NCBI GenBank assembly: GCA_044221045.1
Contig: JBGAPX010000001.1
Location: forward strand, 56,608 to 120,607
Direction of reading: 5' to 3'
Length of the DNA stretch: 64,000 bases
DNA from: Gemmatimonadales bacterium
Lineage (GTDB): Bacteria > Gemmatimonadota > Gemmatimonadetes > Gemmatimonadales > GWC2-71-9
Made by a program: the position numbers and the translations under genes
Notes under the pieces: generated by a model
Database searches by the model: none
Seen by the model: only the letters and a program-made list of their open reading frames with translations
What the model was told of the DNA's origin: nothing
Shown here: one piece after another, positions 39,591 through 48,443 of the stretch
How positions within the stretch are numbered: position 1 is the first letter of the stretch
Layout of the letters: every line of letters begins with the position of its first letter

Positions 39591-42500
39591 ATGACCGAGC
39601 CGCCGGAACTGATGGCCCGCCTGCAGGCCGCGCTTGGGGCACAGTACCGCATCGAGCGGGCGCTGGGCCACGGCGGCATGGGCGTGGTCTTCCTGGCGCG
39701 CGACACCACCCTCGACCGCCCGGTGGCGGTGAAGGTGGTGCATCCCGAACTCGCGGTACACACCACCATCACGGAGCGGTTCCTCGCCGAGGCGCGCATG
39801 ATCGCGCGGCTGCGGCATCCCGGCATCGTGGCGGTGCACACCGCGGGCGAGGCGACCGGCGTCTTCTACTACGTCATGGACTACGTCCCCGGCGAGAGCC
39901 TGCGGCAGCGGCTGCAGCGGGAGGGGGCGCTGCCGGTGGACCAGGTGGAGCGGATCGTGGCCGACCTGGCCGACGCGCTCGACGCCGCGGGCCGCGCGGG
40001 GCTGGTGCACCGCGACGTGAAGCCGGAGAACATCCTCCTCGACGAGGGATCCGGCCGCGCCATGCTGGCCGACTTCGGCATCGCGCGGGTGATGGCGGGC
40101 GAGGGCGACGGCGCCCGCACCGCGCAGGGCGTGGCGGTGGGCACCCCGACGTACATGAGTCCCGAGCAGGCGGCGGGGGAGCAGGTCGACGCCCGCAGCG
40201 ACCTGTACGCGCTCGGCGTGGTGGCGTACGAGATGCTCACCGGCCGGCCCCCCTTCCGCGCCGAGAACGCGGCCGCGGTGGCCTCCAAGCACCTGGCCGA
40301 GGTGGCGGCGCCGGTGGCGGGGAAGCGGCCCGAGACGCCGGCGTCACTGGCGCACGCGGTGACCCGGGCGCTGGAGAAGGACCCGGCGCGGCGGTGGCAG
40401 ACCGGCGCCGAGATGCGCGATGCCGCGCAGGGCCGGACCAGCGCGCCGGCGCCGCCGACCCGCGGCCGCCGCGTCGGGCTGGTCGCCGCCGCCCTCGGCC
40501 TGGCGCTGCTGGTGGTGGGGTTCCTGGCCCTGCGCCCCGGCGGCCCGCCGGAAGGGGTGAACCCGCGGCACTCGATCCTGGTGCTGCCCTTCGACAACCA
40601 GCGGCAGGACCCGACGGTGGAGTGGCTGCGCGACGGCAGCGTCAGCATGCTGGCGCTCAACCTGTCGCAGTGGACCGACCTGACCGTGGTGGACCACGAG
40701 CGGCTGCACGACCTGCTGGCGCGCCGCAAGCTCGACCCGCGGGCGGCGCCCGGGCTCGAGATGGCGCGGCGGCTGGCCCGCGACGCCGGGGCCTGGACGG
40801 TGGTGCTCGGGGAATTCACCCGGGTGGGCGACTCGCTGCACCTGCTGGCGCGGGTGTTCGACGTGGCGAGCGGGGCGCGGGTGGACGCGGCCGAGGTGCA
40901 CGGCCGCCCCGGCGACGACGCCCGGCCGCTGTTCGACCAGCTGGCCCTGCGGCTGCTCAACATCTCCGGCGCGCCGGCCGGGATGACCGCCGACCTGGCG
41001 CGGGTGACCACCCCGTCCATCGAGGCCTATCGCGCCTACCTCGCCGGCATGGACGACCTCAACCGCTGGAACCTCGGCGCCGCGGAGCAGGGCTTCCGGC
41101 GCGCGGTCGAGACCGACACCAGCTTCGGCCTGGCCTACTACCGGCTCTCGCTCACCCGCGGCTGGCTCGCCGGCCCCGCCGATTCCCTCGGGCTGGTCTC
41201 GATCCAGCGGGCCACCCGGTTCGCGGGCCGCCTGCCCGAGCACGACCGCGCGATGATCGGCGCCTACCGGCTGTTCCTCGAGGGGGACTACGCCCGCGGG
41301 CAGGCGGCGTACGGGGCGCTGCTGGCCAAGGACTCCACCGACGCCGACGCCTGGTACGGGCTGGGCGACGCCTGGTTCCACGACACGGCCAGCACCAACG
41401 TGGCGAGCCGGATGACCCGCTCGCTGCGCGCCTTCAAGCGGACCCTCGCGCTGGACCCGGAATACTTCCTGGCCTTCGAGCACGTGGCGTGGATCTACCG
41501 CCAGGCGGCGCAGGACAAGCCGTTCATGGCGCTGCTGCCCAACGACTCGCTGGTCTCGCCGGGGCGCGAGGGGGGCCGGCCGGGCCTTGATTCGTTCGCG
41601 CTGGCGCAGGCGATCCGCCGCGCCCGGACCGACGGCATCGCCAGCGCGCGCGACTGGATGTCGCGGCAGCCGGACAACGACCATGCCCAGAACGCGCTGC
41701 TCTACGCCCTGCTGGCGTCCGACGACCGGGCCCAGGCGCTGCGCGAGATGGACCGGCTCCGGCTGGCGCCCGAGGGCCGCGACCGGGCCGACCTGCCCTT
41801 CCTCCGGGGGCGGGTGCTCGCCGCCACCGGCGAGACCCGTGAGGCGCTCAAGGCCGTCGCGGGCGCGCTCGACACCCTGACGGCCGGCGACTTCGACGTG
41901 ACCCGCCTGCCGATCACCGCGGTGGGCGAGGTGGCCGGCGGCGCCAACCTGCTCGGGTACGCGGGCAAGGTGGAGCTGGCGGGCAAGAGCCTGACGCTCG
42001 CGGCGGAGGTGAGCGCGGGCTACATGCCCTCCGCCCAGCAGTCGCAGCGGCTGCACGGCCGCACCCTGTACGACTACCTGCTGCAGAGCCACCTGTTCAC
42101 GGCGCTGGGCGCGCCCGCGGCGCGGCTGCAGCCGCTGTGGGACGACGTGGCGGACAGCGCCCGCCGCGCCCCGCGCGGCAACCGCGCCGCGATCGTCAAC
42201 TACGGCTGGGCGGCGGCGATGGGGCTGTTCCTGCAGGACCCGTCGGACCCGCGCCCGCTCGAGGAGCTGCAGGCCCTCGACGGCAATCCCACGCCGCCCG
42301 AGCTGCAGGCCCTCACCGCGCTCGACCGGGGCGACTCGACCCGGGCCCGCGCCCTGCTGGCGCTGCCGGACTCCGCCACCCCGCCGGTCTACCACAAGCG
42401 GCCCCAGTGGTGGGGCTACCGCCACATGATCGCGGCCCACGCCTGGCACGCCCTGGGCGACGACACCCGCGCCCTGGCCTCGCTCGAGATCTTCGCGCCG

Positions 42501-42716
42501 GAGCACTTCTCCCAGGAGGGATTCGACGTGCGCTGGCTGCTGCTGGGCCAGGCCCGGGTGCTGCGCGGGGAGATCTACGAGGGGCAGGGCAAGCCCGACC
42601 TGGCCCGGAAGGAGTACGAGGGGGCGCTGGCCCAGTGGGAGGACGCCGACAGCACCCTCACCCCCCTGATCGGCCGGGTGCGCACCCGGCTGGCCGGCCT
42701 GGCCGGCCCGGGGTAG
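39591..42716 (+). CDS. Ser/Thr protein kinase with TM segment and large TolB-N-like/TPR sensor region
   Basis: 1041 aa; HRDVKPENILL, DFGIARV, GTPTYMSPEQ; TM VGLVAAALGLALLVVGFLAL; C-terminal TPR-like repeats. Confidence 0.9.
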   Translation: MTEPPELMARLQAALGAQYRIERALGHGGMGVVFLARDTTLDRPVAVKVVHPELAVHTTITERFLAEARMIARLRHPGIVAVHTAGEATGVFYYVMDYVPGESLRQRLQREGALPVDQVERIVADLADALDAAGRAGLVHRDVKPENILLDEGSGRAMLADFGIARVMAGEGDGARTAQGVAVGTPTYMSPEQAAGEQVDARSDLYALGVVAYEMLTGRPPFRAENAAAVASKHLAEVAAPVAGKRPETPASLAHAVTRALEKDPARRWQTGAEMRDAAQGRTSAPAPPTRGRRVGLVAAALGLALLVVGFLALRPGGPPEGVNPRHSILVLPFDNQRQDPTVEWLRDGSVSMLALNLSQWTDLTVVDHERLHDLLARRKLDPRAAPGLEMARRLARDAGAWTVVLGEFTRVGDSLHLLARVFDVASGARVDAAEVHGRPGDDARPLFDQLALRLLNISGAPAGMTADLARVTTPSIEAYRAYLAGMDDLNRWNLGAAEQGFRRAVETDTSFGLAYYRLSLTRGWLAGPADSLGLVSIQRATRFAGRLPEHDRAMIGAYRLFLEGDYARGQAAYGALLAKDSTDADAWYGLGDAWFHDTASTNVASRMTRSLRAFKRTLALDPEYFLAFEHVAWIYRQAAQDKPFMALLPNDSLVSPGREGGRPGLDSFALAQAIRRARTDGIASARDWMSRQPDNDHAQNALLYALLASDDRAQALREMDRLRLAPEGRDRADLPFLRGRVLAATGETREALKAVAGALDTLTAGDFDVTRLPITAVGEVAGGANLLGYAGKVELAGKSLTLAAEVSAGYMPSAQQSQRLHGRTLYDYLLQSHLFTALGAPAARLQPLWDDVADSARRAPRGNRAAIVNYGWAAAMGLFLQDPSDPRPLEELQALDGNPTPPELQALTALDRGDSTRARALLALPDSATPPVYHKRPQWWGYRHMIAAHAWHALGDDTRALASLEIFAPEHFSQEGFDVRWLLLGQARVLRGEIYEGQGKPDLARKEYEGALAQWEDADSTLTPLIGRVRTRLAGLAGPG

Positions 42717-42758
42717 CCCCCCTGACCCCAGCCGGTCCCCTCACGTATCTTTCCCACA

Positions 42759-43158
42759 CAGGCTGGACGTGATGGTCGCGGGCCGGGCAACCGGTCCCGA
42801 GGAAAGTCCGAGCTCCACCGGGTAGACTGCCAGGTAACGCCTGGGCGCCGCAAGGCGACGGACAGGGCCACAGAAAACAGACCGCCTCCGGCGCGAGCCG
42901 GGGGTAAGGGTGAAACGGTGGGGTAAGAGCCCACCGCCCCGAGCGCAAGCAAGGGGGCACGGCAACCCCCAGTCGGTGCAAGGCCAAATAAGCGGCGAGG
43001 TGTGACCCACACCGCCCATGGGACGACGGGGCTTGCCCCGGGATTCCAAGCCGCGGGTAGGCTGCTCGAGGCGGCCGGCGACGGCCGTCCCAGATAGATG
43101 ACCATCTCCCGGAGGGGCAACCCCGAGGGAAACAGAACTCGGCTTACGGTCTGGCCTG
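42759..43158 (+). ncRNA. rnpB: RNase P RNA, bacterial class A
   Basis: Universal motifs GAGGAAAGTCCGAGCTCCAC, ACAGAAAACAGACCGCC, GGTAAGGGTGAAACGGTGGGGTAAGAGCCCACC, ACAGAACTCGGCTTAC; P1 pairing CAGGCTGGACG / CGGTCTGGCCTG defines the ends (+-5 nt). Confidence 0.93.
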
Positions 43159-43252
43159 GGGCCGGGGATCCGCGGGGGAGCGCGCGTCGTGCGCCGCCCG
43201 GGGCGCCCCGGCCCTCCCGTCCCCCGGGCGCCCGGGGTAGGTTCCTGAGTCA

Positions 43253-43510
43253 GTGTCCAGCAGGGTGTCACGCATGAGTCGATCGCCGTCGTCGCCGGAT
43301 CGGAACAAGCCGTACCCGGATTCGTGGGAGCAGGTGGCGGAACTGCGGGTGTTCCGGACCGCGGCCACGGACTGGGACCGGCTCGCCACCTGGCGGCAGG
43401 ACATGTGGAAGCGCGGCTGGCGGCTCCTCAAGGTCACCAGCGACGAGGTGGAGCTGGTGGCCGTCTTCGGCAAGACCAAGGCCGACCTGCAGTCGCCGGC
43501 CTCTCTCTAG
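43253..43510 (+). CDS. small hypothetical protein (85 aa; start may be 43274)
   Basis: ORF with balanced composition (DSWEQVAELRVFRTAATDWDRLATWRQDMWKRGWRLLKVTSDEVELVAVFGK); no family recognised. Confidence 0.45.
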   Translation: MSSRVSRMSRSPSSPDRNKPYPDSWEQVAELRVFRTAATDWDRLATWRQDMWKRGWRLLKVTSDEVELVAVFGKTKADLQSPASL

Positions 43511-43544
43511 TCGCAGTCCATCTCCCCATCACACAGAGGAAGTC

Positions 43545-44315
43545 ATGACGGTTCGTCCCTGGCTGGTCGCCCTGGTCAGCGTGAGCGCCCTCGCGGCGTG
43601 GACCGATGCGGCCCCCGCGGGTCCGGCGCGGTACCGGGTCGAGGTGAAGACCGCGGTCACGCAGGACCTCACCGCGGTGGGACAGGGTGAGCAGAAGCAG
43701 GAGTTCACCAACACCGGGTTCGTGACCGTGACGATGAAGGACAGCGCCGGCGGGCAGGCGGTGACGATCGTGCTCGACTCGCTGCTGCCGGGCGAGGGCT
43801 CGCCCTTCGTCGGGGAGATGGCGACGGGCGCGGCGGGCACCACCTGGACCGGGTTCCGGCAGCCGAACGGCCGGGTGAAGGAGCTCAAGAGCGGCTCCGA
43901 GAACCCCGCCGCCAACACCATGCAGGGCGTGCTGCAGCAGCTGCTGCCGCCGATGAAGGCCGGCACCCGCGAGGGCCAGGCGTGGACCGACACCACCGAG
44001 TCGGACAACGACGGCGTGGCGGTCCGCACCGTGACGAACTTCCAGACCACGGGCGAGACCGTGAACGGCGCCAAGGTGCTGCGGCTGGCGGGCGCGTCGA
44101 GCACGGCGATGTCCGGGCAGCAGAACGGCCCGCAGGGGAGCATGAGCCTCGAGGGGAACGGCACCGCCACCTCGAGCTGGCTCGTGGCCACCGACGGCAC
44201 CTGCCTCTCGTCGTCGTTCGCCGGCACCCAGAACATCGCGGTCACCGTGGCCCAGCTCCCCGAGCCGATCCCGGTGACGGTGAAGCTCGAGGGCTCCACC
44301 ACGCTGCTCAAATAG
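43545..44315 (+). CDS. secreted hypothetical protein (256 aa)
   Basis: Signal peptide MTVRPWLVALVSVSALAAWTDA; beta-rich sequence; paralog of next gene. Confidence 0.65.
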   Translation: MTVRPWLVALVSVSALAAWTDAAPAGPARYRVEVKTAVTQDLTAVGQGEQKQEFTNTGFVTVTMKDSAGGQAVTIVLDSLLPGEGSPFVGEMATGAAGTTWTGFRQPNGRVKELKSGSENPAANTMQGVLQQLLPPMKAGTREGQAWTDTTESDNDGVAVRTVTNFQTTGETVNGAKVLRLAGASSTAMSGQQNGPQGSMSLEGNGTATSSWLVATDGTCLSSSFAGTQNIAVTVAQLPEPIPVTVKLEGSTTLLK

Positions 44316-44317
44316 CC

Positions 44318-45199
44318 ATGCGCCACGGCTGGCGGGTCGCGGGGCTGCTCCTGGGCGCGGCATGCGCCTCGGGGGGCCCCGCGAGCCGTCCCGGGGGTCC
44401 CGCCCCGGCCCCGCCCGCCACGCCCCGCCCCAGCGTCGACCCGGTGCGCACCACGCCGGCGCCGCCGGTGGCGCTGCGCTACCCGCGCAGCGGCGGCGGC
44501 ATCGTCCGCTACGCGTTCCACCGCCGCGACTCGCTCACCGCCACGATGCCCAGCGGCGAGACCCAGGTGCAGCAGCTGGCGCGGACGGCGTACCTCACGC
44601 TCACCCTGGTGCACGCCGACAGCGGCAGCCGCATCACCGCGGTGGTCGACTCGGTGCGCCCCGACAGCGGCTTCGCCTTCGCCGCGCTGCTGCTCGACAG
44701 CGCCCGCGCCGCGCGCTGGACCGCCTGGCGCGACACCGCGGGCCACACCCGCGTGGACGCCGGCACCTCGCCCTCGCTCGCGGCGAGCCAGATCCGCGAC
44801 GAGCTGCAGCTGCTCTTCCCCCCGCTGCCGCCGCAGGGCGCGCTGCCCGGCGCCCGCTGGACCGACTCCACCACCATGGACGGCCGGGTGAGCGCCTTCG
44901 CCGCCACCGAGGTGGTGCACAGCCAGCTCGCCGCCGGCACCGCGCTCAGCGCCGCCGGGGCGGTGCCGGTGGAGGTGCTGCGCAGCCGCGCCGCGAGCGG
45001 CACCGGCACCCAGTTCGGCCAGCCGATCAGCGTGGCCGGCACCGGCGCCGACAGCCTGGCCTACCAGCTGTTCCCCGACGGCCGCGTGGTGCAGGTGGAA
45101 GGCCGCCGCTGGACCGACCTGGTGGTGAGCCTCCCGACGATCGGGCAGTCGGTGCCGGCGCGGGAATCCTCGACGCTCCTGTTCACGCTGCTGCGCTGA
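44318..45199 (+). CDS. hypothetical lipoprotein (293 aa), paralog of 43545..44315
   Basis: Start MRHGWRVAGLLLGAACAS (lipobox) inside ORF 43982..45199; shared block LL(F/P)PP..G..G..WTD(S/T)T with upstream gene. Confidence 0.65.
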   Translation: MRHGWRVAGLLLGAACASGGPASRPGGPAPAPPATPRPSVDPVRTTPAPPVALRYPRSGGGIVRYAFHRRDSLTATMPSGETQVQQLARTAYLTLTLVHADSGSRITAVVDSVRPDSGFAFAALLLDSARAARWTAWRDTAGHTRVDAGTSPSLAASQIRDELQLLFPPLPPQGALPGARWTDSTTMDGRVSAFAATEVVHSQLAAGTALSAAGAVPVEVLRSRAASGTGTQFGQPISVAGTGADSLAYQLFPDGRVVQVEGRRWTDLVVSLPTIGQSVPARESSTLLFTLLR

Positions 45200-45207
45200 G
45201 GCCCGGC

Positions 45208-46104
45208 ATGCGCCGCGCCCTCACCGTGCTCCTCGCCCTGGCGGCGCTGTTCGTGGCGTGGCTCTTCGCCATCTGGCCGCCCCCCCTCTGGTACCGCACC
45301 CACTGGCCCCGGCAGACCGCCTTCATGGCGATGCGCGCCGGCGACACCGTGCCGGTGCTGTACCGCCCCGTGCCGCTCGATTCCATCGCCCCGGTGATGC
45401 AGGACGCCGTGATCATCGGCGAGGACAACAACTTCCGCATCCACGGCGGGCTCGACTACCTGGCGCTGGCCCACGCGCTGGGCTACCAGCGCCGGACCTT
45501 CGCCTGGGACAACCCGCGCGACCGCCGGGAGCTCACCGCCCTGCTGCCCCACGCCTGGAGCCGGCGCGACAAGCTGCGCGGCGCCAGCACGATCTCGCAG
45601 CAGCTGGCCAAGAACCTCTACCTCAGCGCCTCCCGCAACCCGCTCCGCAAGGTGAAGGAGGCGGTGATCACCTGGCGGCTGGAGTCGGCGCTGGGGAAGG
45701 ACCGGATCATGGAGCTCTACCTGAACATCGTGGAGCTCGGCCGCGGCACCTGGGGGGTCGAGGCGGCGAGCCAGCGCTACTTCAAGCGCAGCGCCCGCCA
45801 GCTCACCACCGAGCAGGCCGCGGCGCTGGCCGGCGCGCTGCCGTTCCCGCTCTCGTCCAACCCCGGCTACCGCCCGGGCCGGATGCGCTGGCGCCAGAAC
45901 CTGATCCTGCGCCGGCTGCGGGGGGAGGCGGTGGAGGTGCCGAAGGTGGAGACCGAGACCGAACCGCCGGCGGTGGCGACGGACTCCACGGCGGCGCTCC
46001 CCGACACCGCGCCAGCGCCCCTGGAAGCCCCGCCGCCCGACGAACCGGTCCCGGTCGATACCCTGCCCGCCCCGGCCGACACGGCGGCGGAGGCGGCCCC
46101 CTGA
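45208..46104 (+). CDS. mtgA: monofunctional peptidoglycan glycosyltransferase (GT51)
   Basis: Start MRRALTVLLALAALFVAWL inside ORF 44362..46104; GT51 motifs IIGEDNNFRIHGGLD, ASTISQQLAKNLYL, RKVKEAVITWRLE; Pro/Ala-rich tail. Confidence 0.85.
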   Translation: MRRALTVLLALAALFVAWLFAIWPPPLWYRTHWPRQTAFMAMRAGDTVPVLYRPVPLDSIAPVMQDAVIIGEDNNFRIHGGLDYLALAHALGYQRRTFAWDNPRDRRELTALLPHAWSRRDKLRGASTISQQLAKNLYLSASRNPLRKVKEAVITWRLESALGKDRIMELYLNIVELGRGTWGVEAASQRYFKRSARQLTTEQAAALAGALPFPLSSNPGYRPGRMRWRQNLILRRLRGEAVEVPKVETETEPPAVATDSTAALPDTAPAPLEAPPPDEPVPVDTLPAPADTAAEAAP

Positions 46105-46934
46105 TGCGGAAGCGGCTGCAGCTGTTCACCGTGCGGACGGCGATGCGCACCCTGGGCCGGGTGGCCCCGGAGCGCGCCGCCCGGCTGGCCGAACGGCTCT
46201 TCACCCGGCCGCCCCGCGCCGCGGCCCGACCCCACGAGGACGACTTCCTGGCCACCGGCACCCCGTTCGAGCTGCCCATCAGCGTGGGGACGCTGGCGGC
46301 GTGGCGCTGGGGCGAGGGGCCGACGGTGCTGCTGGTGCATGGGTGGGCCAGCCGCGCCGCGCGCTTCCGGGTGCTGGTGCCGCGGCTGGTGGCGGCCGGC
46401 TTCTCCGCCGTGGCCTACGACGGTCCCGCCCACGGCCGCTCGCCGGGGCAGTACACCAGCCTGCCGGAGTACGCCGCCGCCCTGCTCGAGGTGAGCCGGC
46501 AGCTGGGGCCGCTGCACGCGGCGGTGGGACACTCGCTCGGTGGGGGCGCCATCGCGGTGGCGCTGGCGCGCGGGCTCTCGCTGCAGCGCGCGGCGCTGAT
46601 CGCGCCCTTCGCCGCGCCGCCGGAGTTCTTCGACCAGTTCGCCGACCACGTGGCGCTCCCGCCCAAGGCGCGCGCACGGCTGCGCACCAACCTGGAGCGG
46701 CGCTACAAGCTCAAGTACGGCGACCTCTACGTGCCGCACCTGGCCACCGCGTTCACCATCCCGGCGCTGGTGGTCCACGACCGCGACGACACGGACATCC
46801 CCATCGGCTACGGCAAGGCGATCGCGGAGGCGTGGCCGGGGGCCACCTTCGTGCGCACCGAGGGGCTGGGCCACCACGCGATCATGCGGGACCCGGGCGT
46901 GATGGACCGGGTGGCGGCGTTCATCGCGGGCTGA
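46104..46934 (+). CDS. alpha/beta hydrolase
   Basis: Start MRKRLQLFTVRT.. overlaps mtgA stop (TGATG) inside ORF 45258..46934; VLLVHGW, GHSLGG nucleophile elbow, GLGHHAI. Confidence 0.75.
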   Translation: MRKRLQLFTVRTAMRTLGRVAPERAARLAERLFTRPPRAAARPHEDDFLATGTPFELPISVGTLAAWRWGEGPTVLLVHGWASRAARFRVLVPRLVAAGFSAVAYDGPAHGRSPGQYTSLPEYAAALLEVSRQLGPLHAAVGHSLGGGAIAVALARGLSLQRAALIAPFAAPPEFFDQFADHVALPPKARARLRTNLERRYKLKYGDLYVPHLATAFTIPALVVHDRDDTDIPIGYGKAIAEAWPGATFVRTEGLGHHAIMRDPGVMDRVAAFIAG

Positions 46935-46956
46935 GGCGCGCACTGCGGTGCGCGCC
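46935..46956. terminator. perfect 9-bp stem/tetraloop hairpin between convergent genes
   Basis: GGCGCGCAC-TGCG-GTGCGCGCC immediately after the hydrolase stop and 4 nt before the stop of the minus-strand gene. Confidence 0.5.
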
Positions 46957-46960
46957 GGGG

Positions 46961-47293
46961 TCAGAGCAGGCCGGTGAGCAGCGCGTAGTTGAGGGCCATC
47001 GCCGCCAGGGCCACGCCCAGCACGGCCTTCCAGCGCGGCGTAAGCAGGTCCATCCCCTGCAGCTGCGAGATGTCCTCCCCCCGCTCCAGCCGTTCCTGCC
47101 GGTAGCCCTTGAACAGCACCAGCCCGATGCCCAGCACCACGAAGGCGGGGCCGGCCAGCCCCGCAAGCATGGAAAACTGGCCCTCTTCACGGGCCTGCAC
47201 CCAGGCCTGGTTGGTCATCCACGCGCTGGCGACGGCCATGGCGAGGCCGATGCCGCGCCGGGCCATGGGGGGAGGGTTGTTCTTGAGGTCCAT
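46961..47293 (-). CDS. small membrane protein (110 aa)
   Basis: ORF with three hydrophobic segments (IGLAMAVASAW, LAGLAGPAFVVLGIGLVLF, AVLGVALAAMALNYALLTGLL). Confidence 0.6.
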   Translation of the reverse strand: MDLKNNPPPMARRGIGLAMAVASAWMTNQAWVQAREEGQFSMLAGLAGPAFVVLGIGLVLFKGYRQERLERGEDISQLQGMDLLTPRWKAVLGVALAAMALNYALLTGLL

Positions 47294-47429
47294 GGGGGAG
47301 AAGGAGAGAAAAGGGAAACGGGAAGAGGGAAACGGGAAGGGGGAACTGCTCGCCCAATCGCCCAGCCGCCGAGCCGCCGAGCCGCCGAGCCGCCGAGCCG
47401 CCGAGCCGCCGAGCCGCCGAGCCGCCTAC
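47294..47429. repeat. composite array: ~8 heptamers (GGGAARN) then 10 octamers (TCGCCCAA TCGCCCAG (CCGCCGAG)x7 CCGCCTAC)
   Basis: Fills the whole gap between arginase stop (TAG 47426-47428, inside last unit) and the ATG of the downstream membrane protein (47293). Confidence 0.95.
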
Positions 47430-48304
47430 AGAATCTGCTTCCCGAACGCCGACTGGACCAGTTCCACGGCGAACTCGGCGGAGCGGTTGCGATCGTCGAG
47501 GATGGGGTTCACCTCGACCATCTCGAGCGAGGTGACGACCCGGGCGGCGGCGAGCGACTCCATGAGCAGCTGGGCCTCGCGGTAGTCGAGGCCGCCCTTG
47601 ACCGGGGTGCCGACGCCGGGCGCGAGCGACGGATCCACGGCGTCGAGGTCGAAGCTCACGTGGACGTAGTCGGTGTCCTTGGTGACCTGGGCGAGCGCCT
47701 TCTCCATGACGATGTGGATGCCATGGCGGTCGATGTCGGCGATGGTGTAGACGTGCACGCCGAGCCGGCGCAGGTGCTCGCGCTCGCCGTCATCCACGCT
47801 GCGGATCCCCACCAGCGCCACGTGGCCCGGTTCCACCTTGCGGAAGCGGCCGGCGATCCGGCCCAGCGGCGCGGGGCCCAGGCCGAGCAGCGCGGCGAGC
47901 GGCATGCCGTGGACGTTGCCGGAGGGCGAGGTCTTCGGGGTGTTGATGTCGCTGTGCGCGTCGACCCAGAGCACGCCGACCTTCCGGCCCTTGCTCCGGG
48001 CGTGGGCCGCCACGCCGGAAATGGTGCCCACCGCGATCGAGTGGTCGCCGCCGAGCACCAGGGGGACGTGGCCCCGCGCCAGCACGGCGCGCACCCGCTC
48101 GGCCAGGCGGGTGTTGGCCTGGACGATCTCCGCGAGGTAGCGCGCCCGGCGGTCGCCGACGCGCATGACCTCCATGTTGCGGATGTCGAGGTCGCCCTCG
48201 TCGATGACGGTGTAGCCCTGCTCGCGCAGGCGGTCGTTGAGGCCGGCGATGCGGATGGCGGAGGGACCCATGTCCACGCCGCGACGCCCGGACCCGAGGT
48301 CCAT
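47426..48304 (-). CDS. rocF: arginase-family ureohydrolase (arginase-like); true start probably ATG 48345 in another frame
   Basis: 292 aa; GGDHSIAVGTISG, WVDAHSDINTP, SFDLDAVDP; upstream in frame reads HAPRPQAIHIIGVP with no start, see finding. Confidence 0.85.
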   Translation of the reverse strand: MDLGSGRRGVDMGPSAIRIAGLNDRLREQGYTVIDEGDLDIRNMEVMRVGDRRARYLAEIVQANTRLAERVRAVLARGHVPLVLGGDHSIAVGTISGVAAHARSKGRKVGVLWVDAHSDINTPKTSPSGNVHGMPLAALLGLGPAPLGRIAGRFRKVEPGHVALVGIRSVDDGEREHLRRLGVHVYTIADIDRHGIHIVMEKALAQVTKDTDYVHVSFDLDAVDPSLAPGVGTPVKGGLDYREAQLLMESLAAARVVTSLEMVEVNPILDDRNRSAEFAVELVQSAFGKQIL

Positions 48305-48348
48305 GGGGACGCCGATGATGTGGATGGCTTGGGGGCGCGGGGCATGAG

Positions 48349-48438
48349 GGCGGCTCGGCGGCTCGGCGACTCGGCGGCTCGGACTCCGGTCGGCCGGTCG
48401 GGAAGGCCGAGCCGACCAGCCGTCCAGCCGCCGAGCCG
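48349..48438. repeat. inverted octamer arrays (GGCGGCTC x4-5 versus CCGAGCCG-type) forming an imperfect hairpin
   Basis: GGCGGCTC GGCGGCTC GGCGACTC GGCGGCTC GGACTCCG ... GGCCGAGCCGACCAGCCGTCCAGCCGCCGAGCCG; ends 5 nt before dnaN stop. Confidence 0.85.
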
Positions 48439-48443
48439 TCAGA

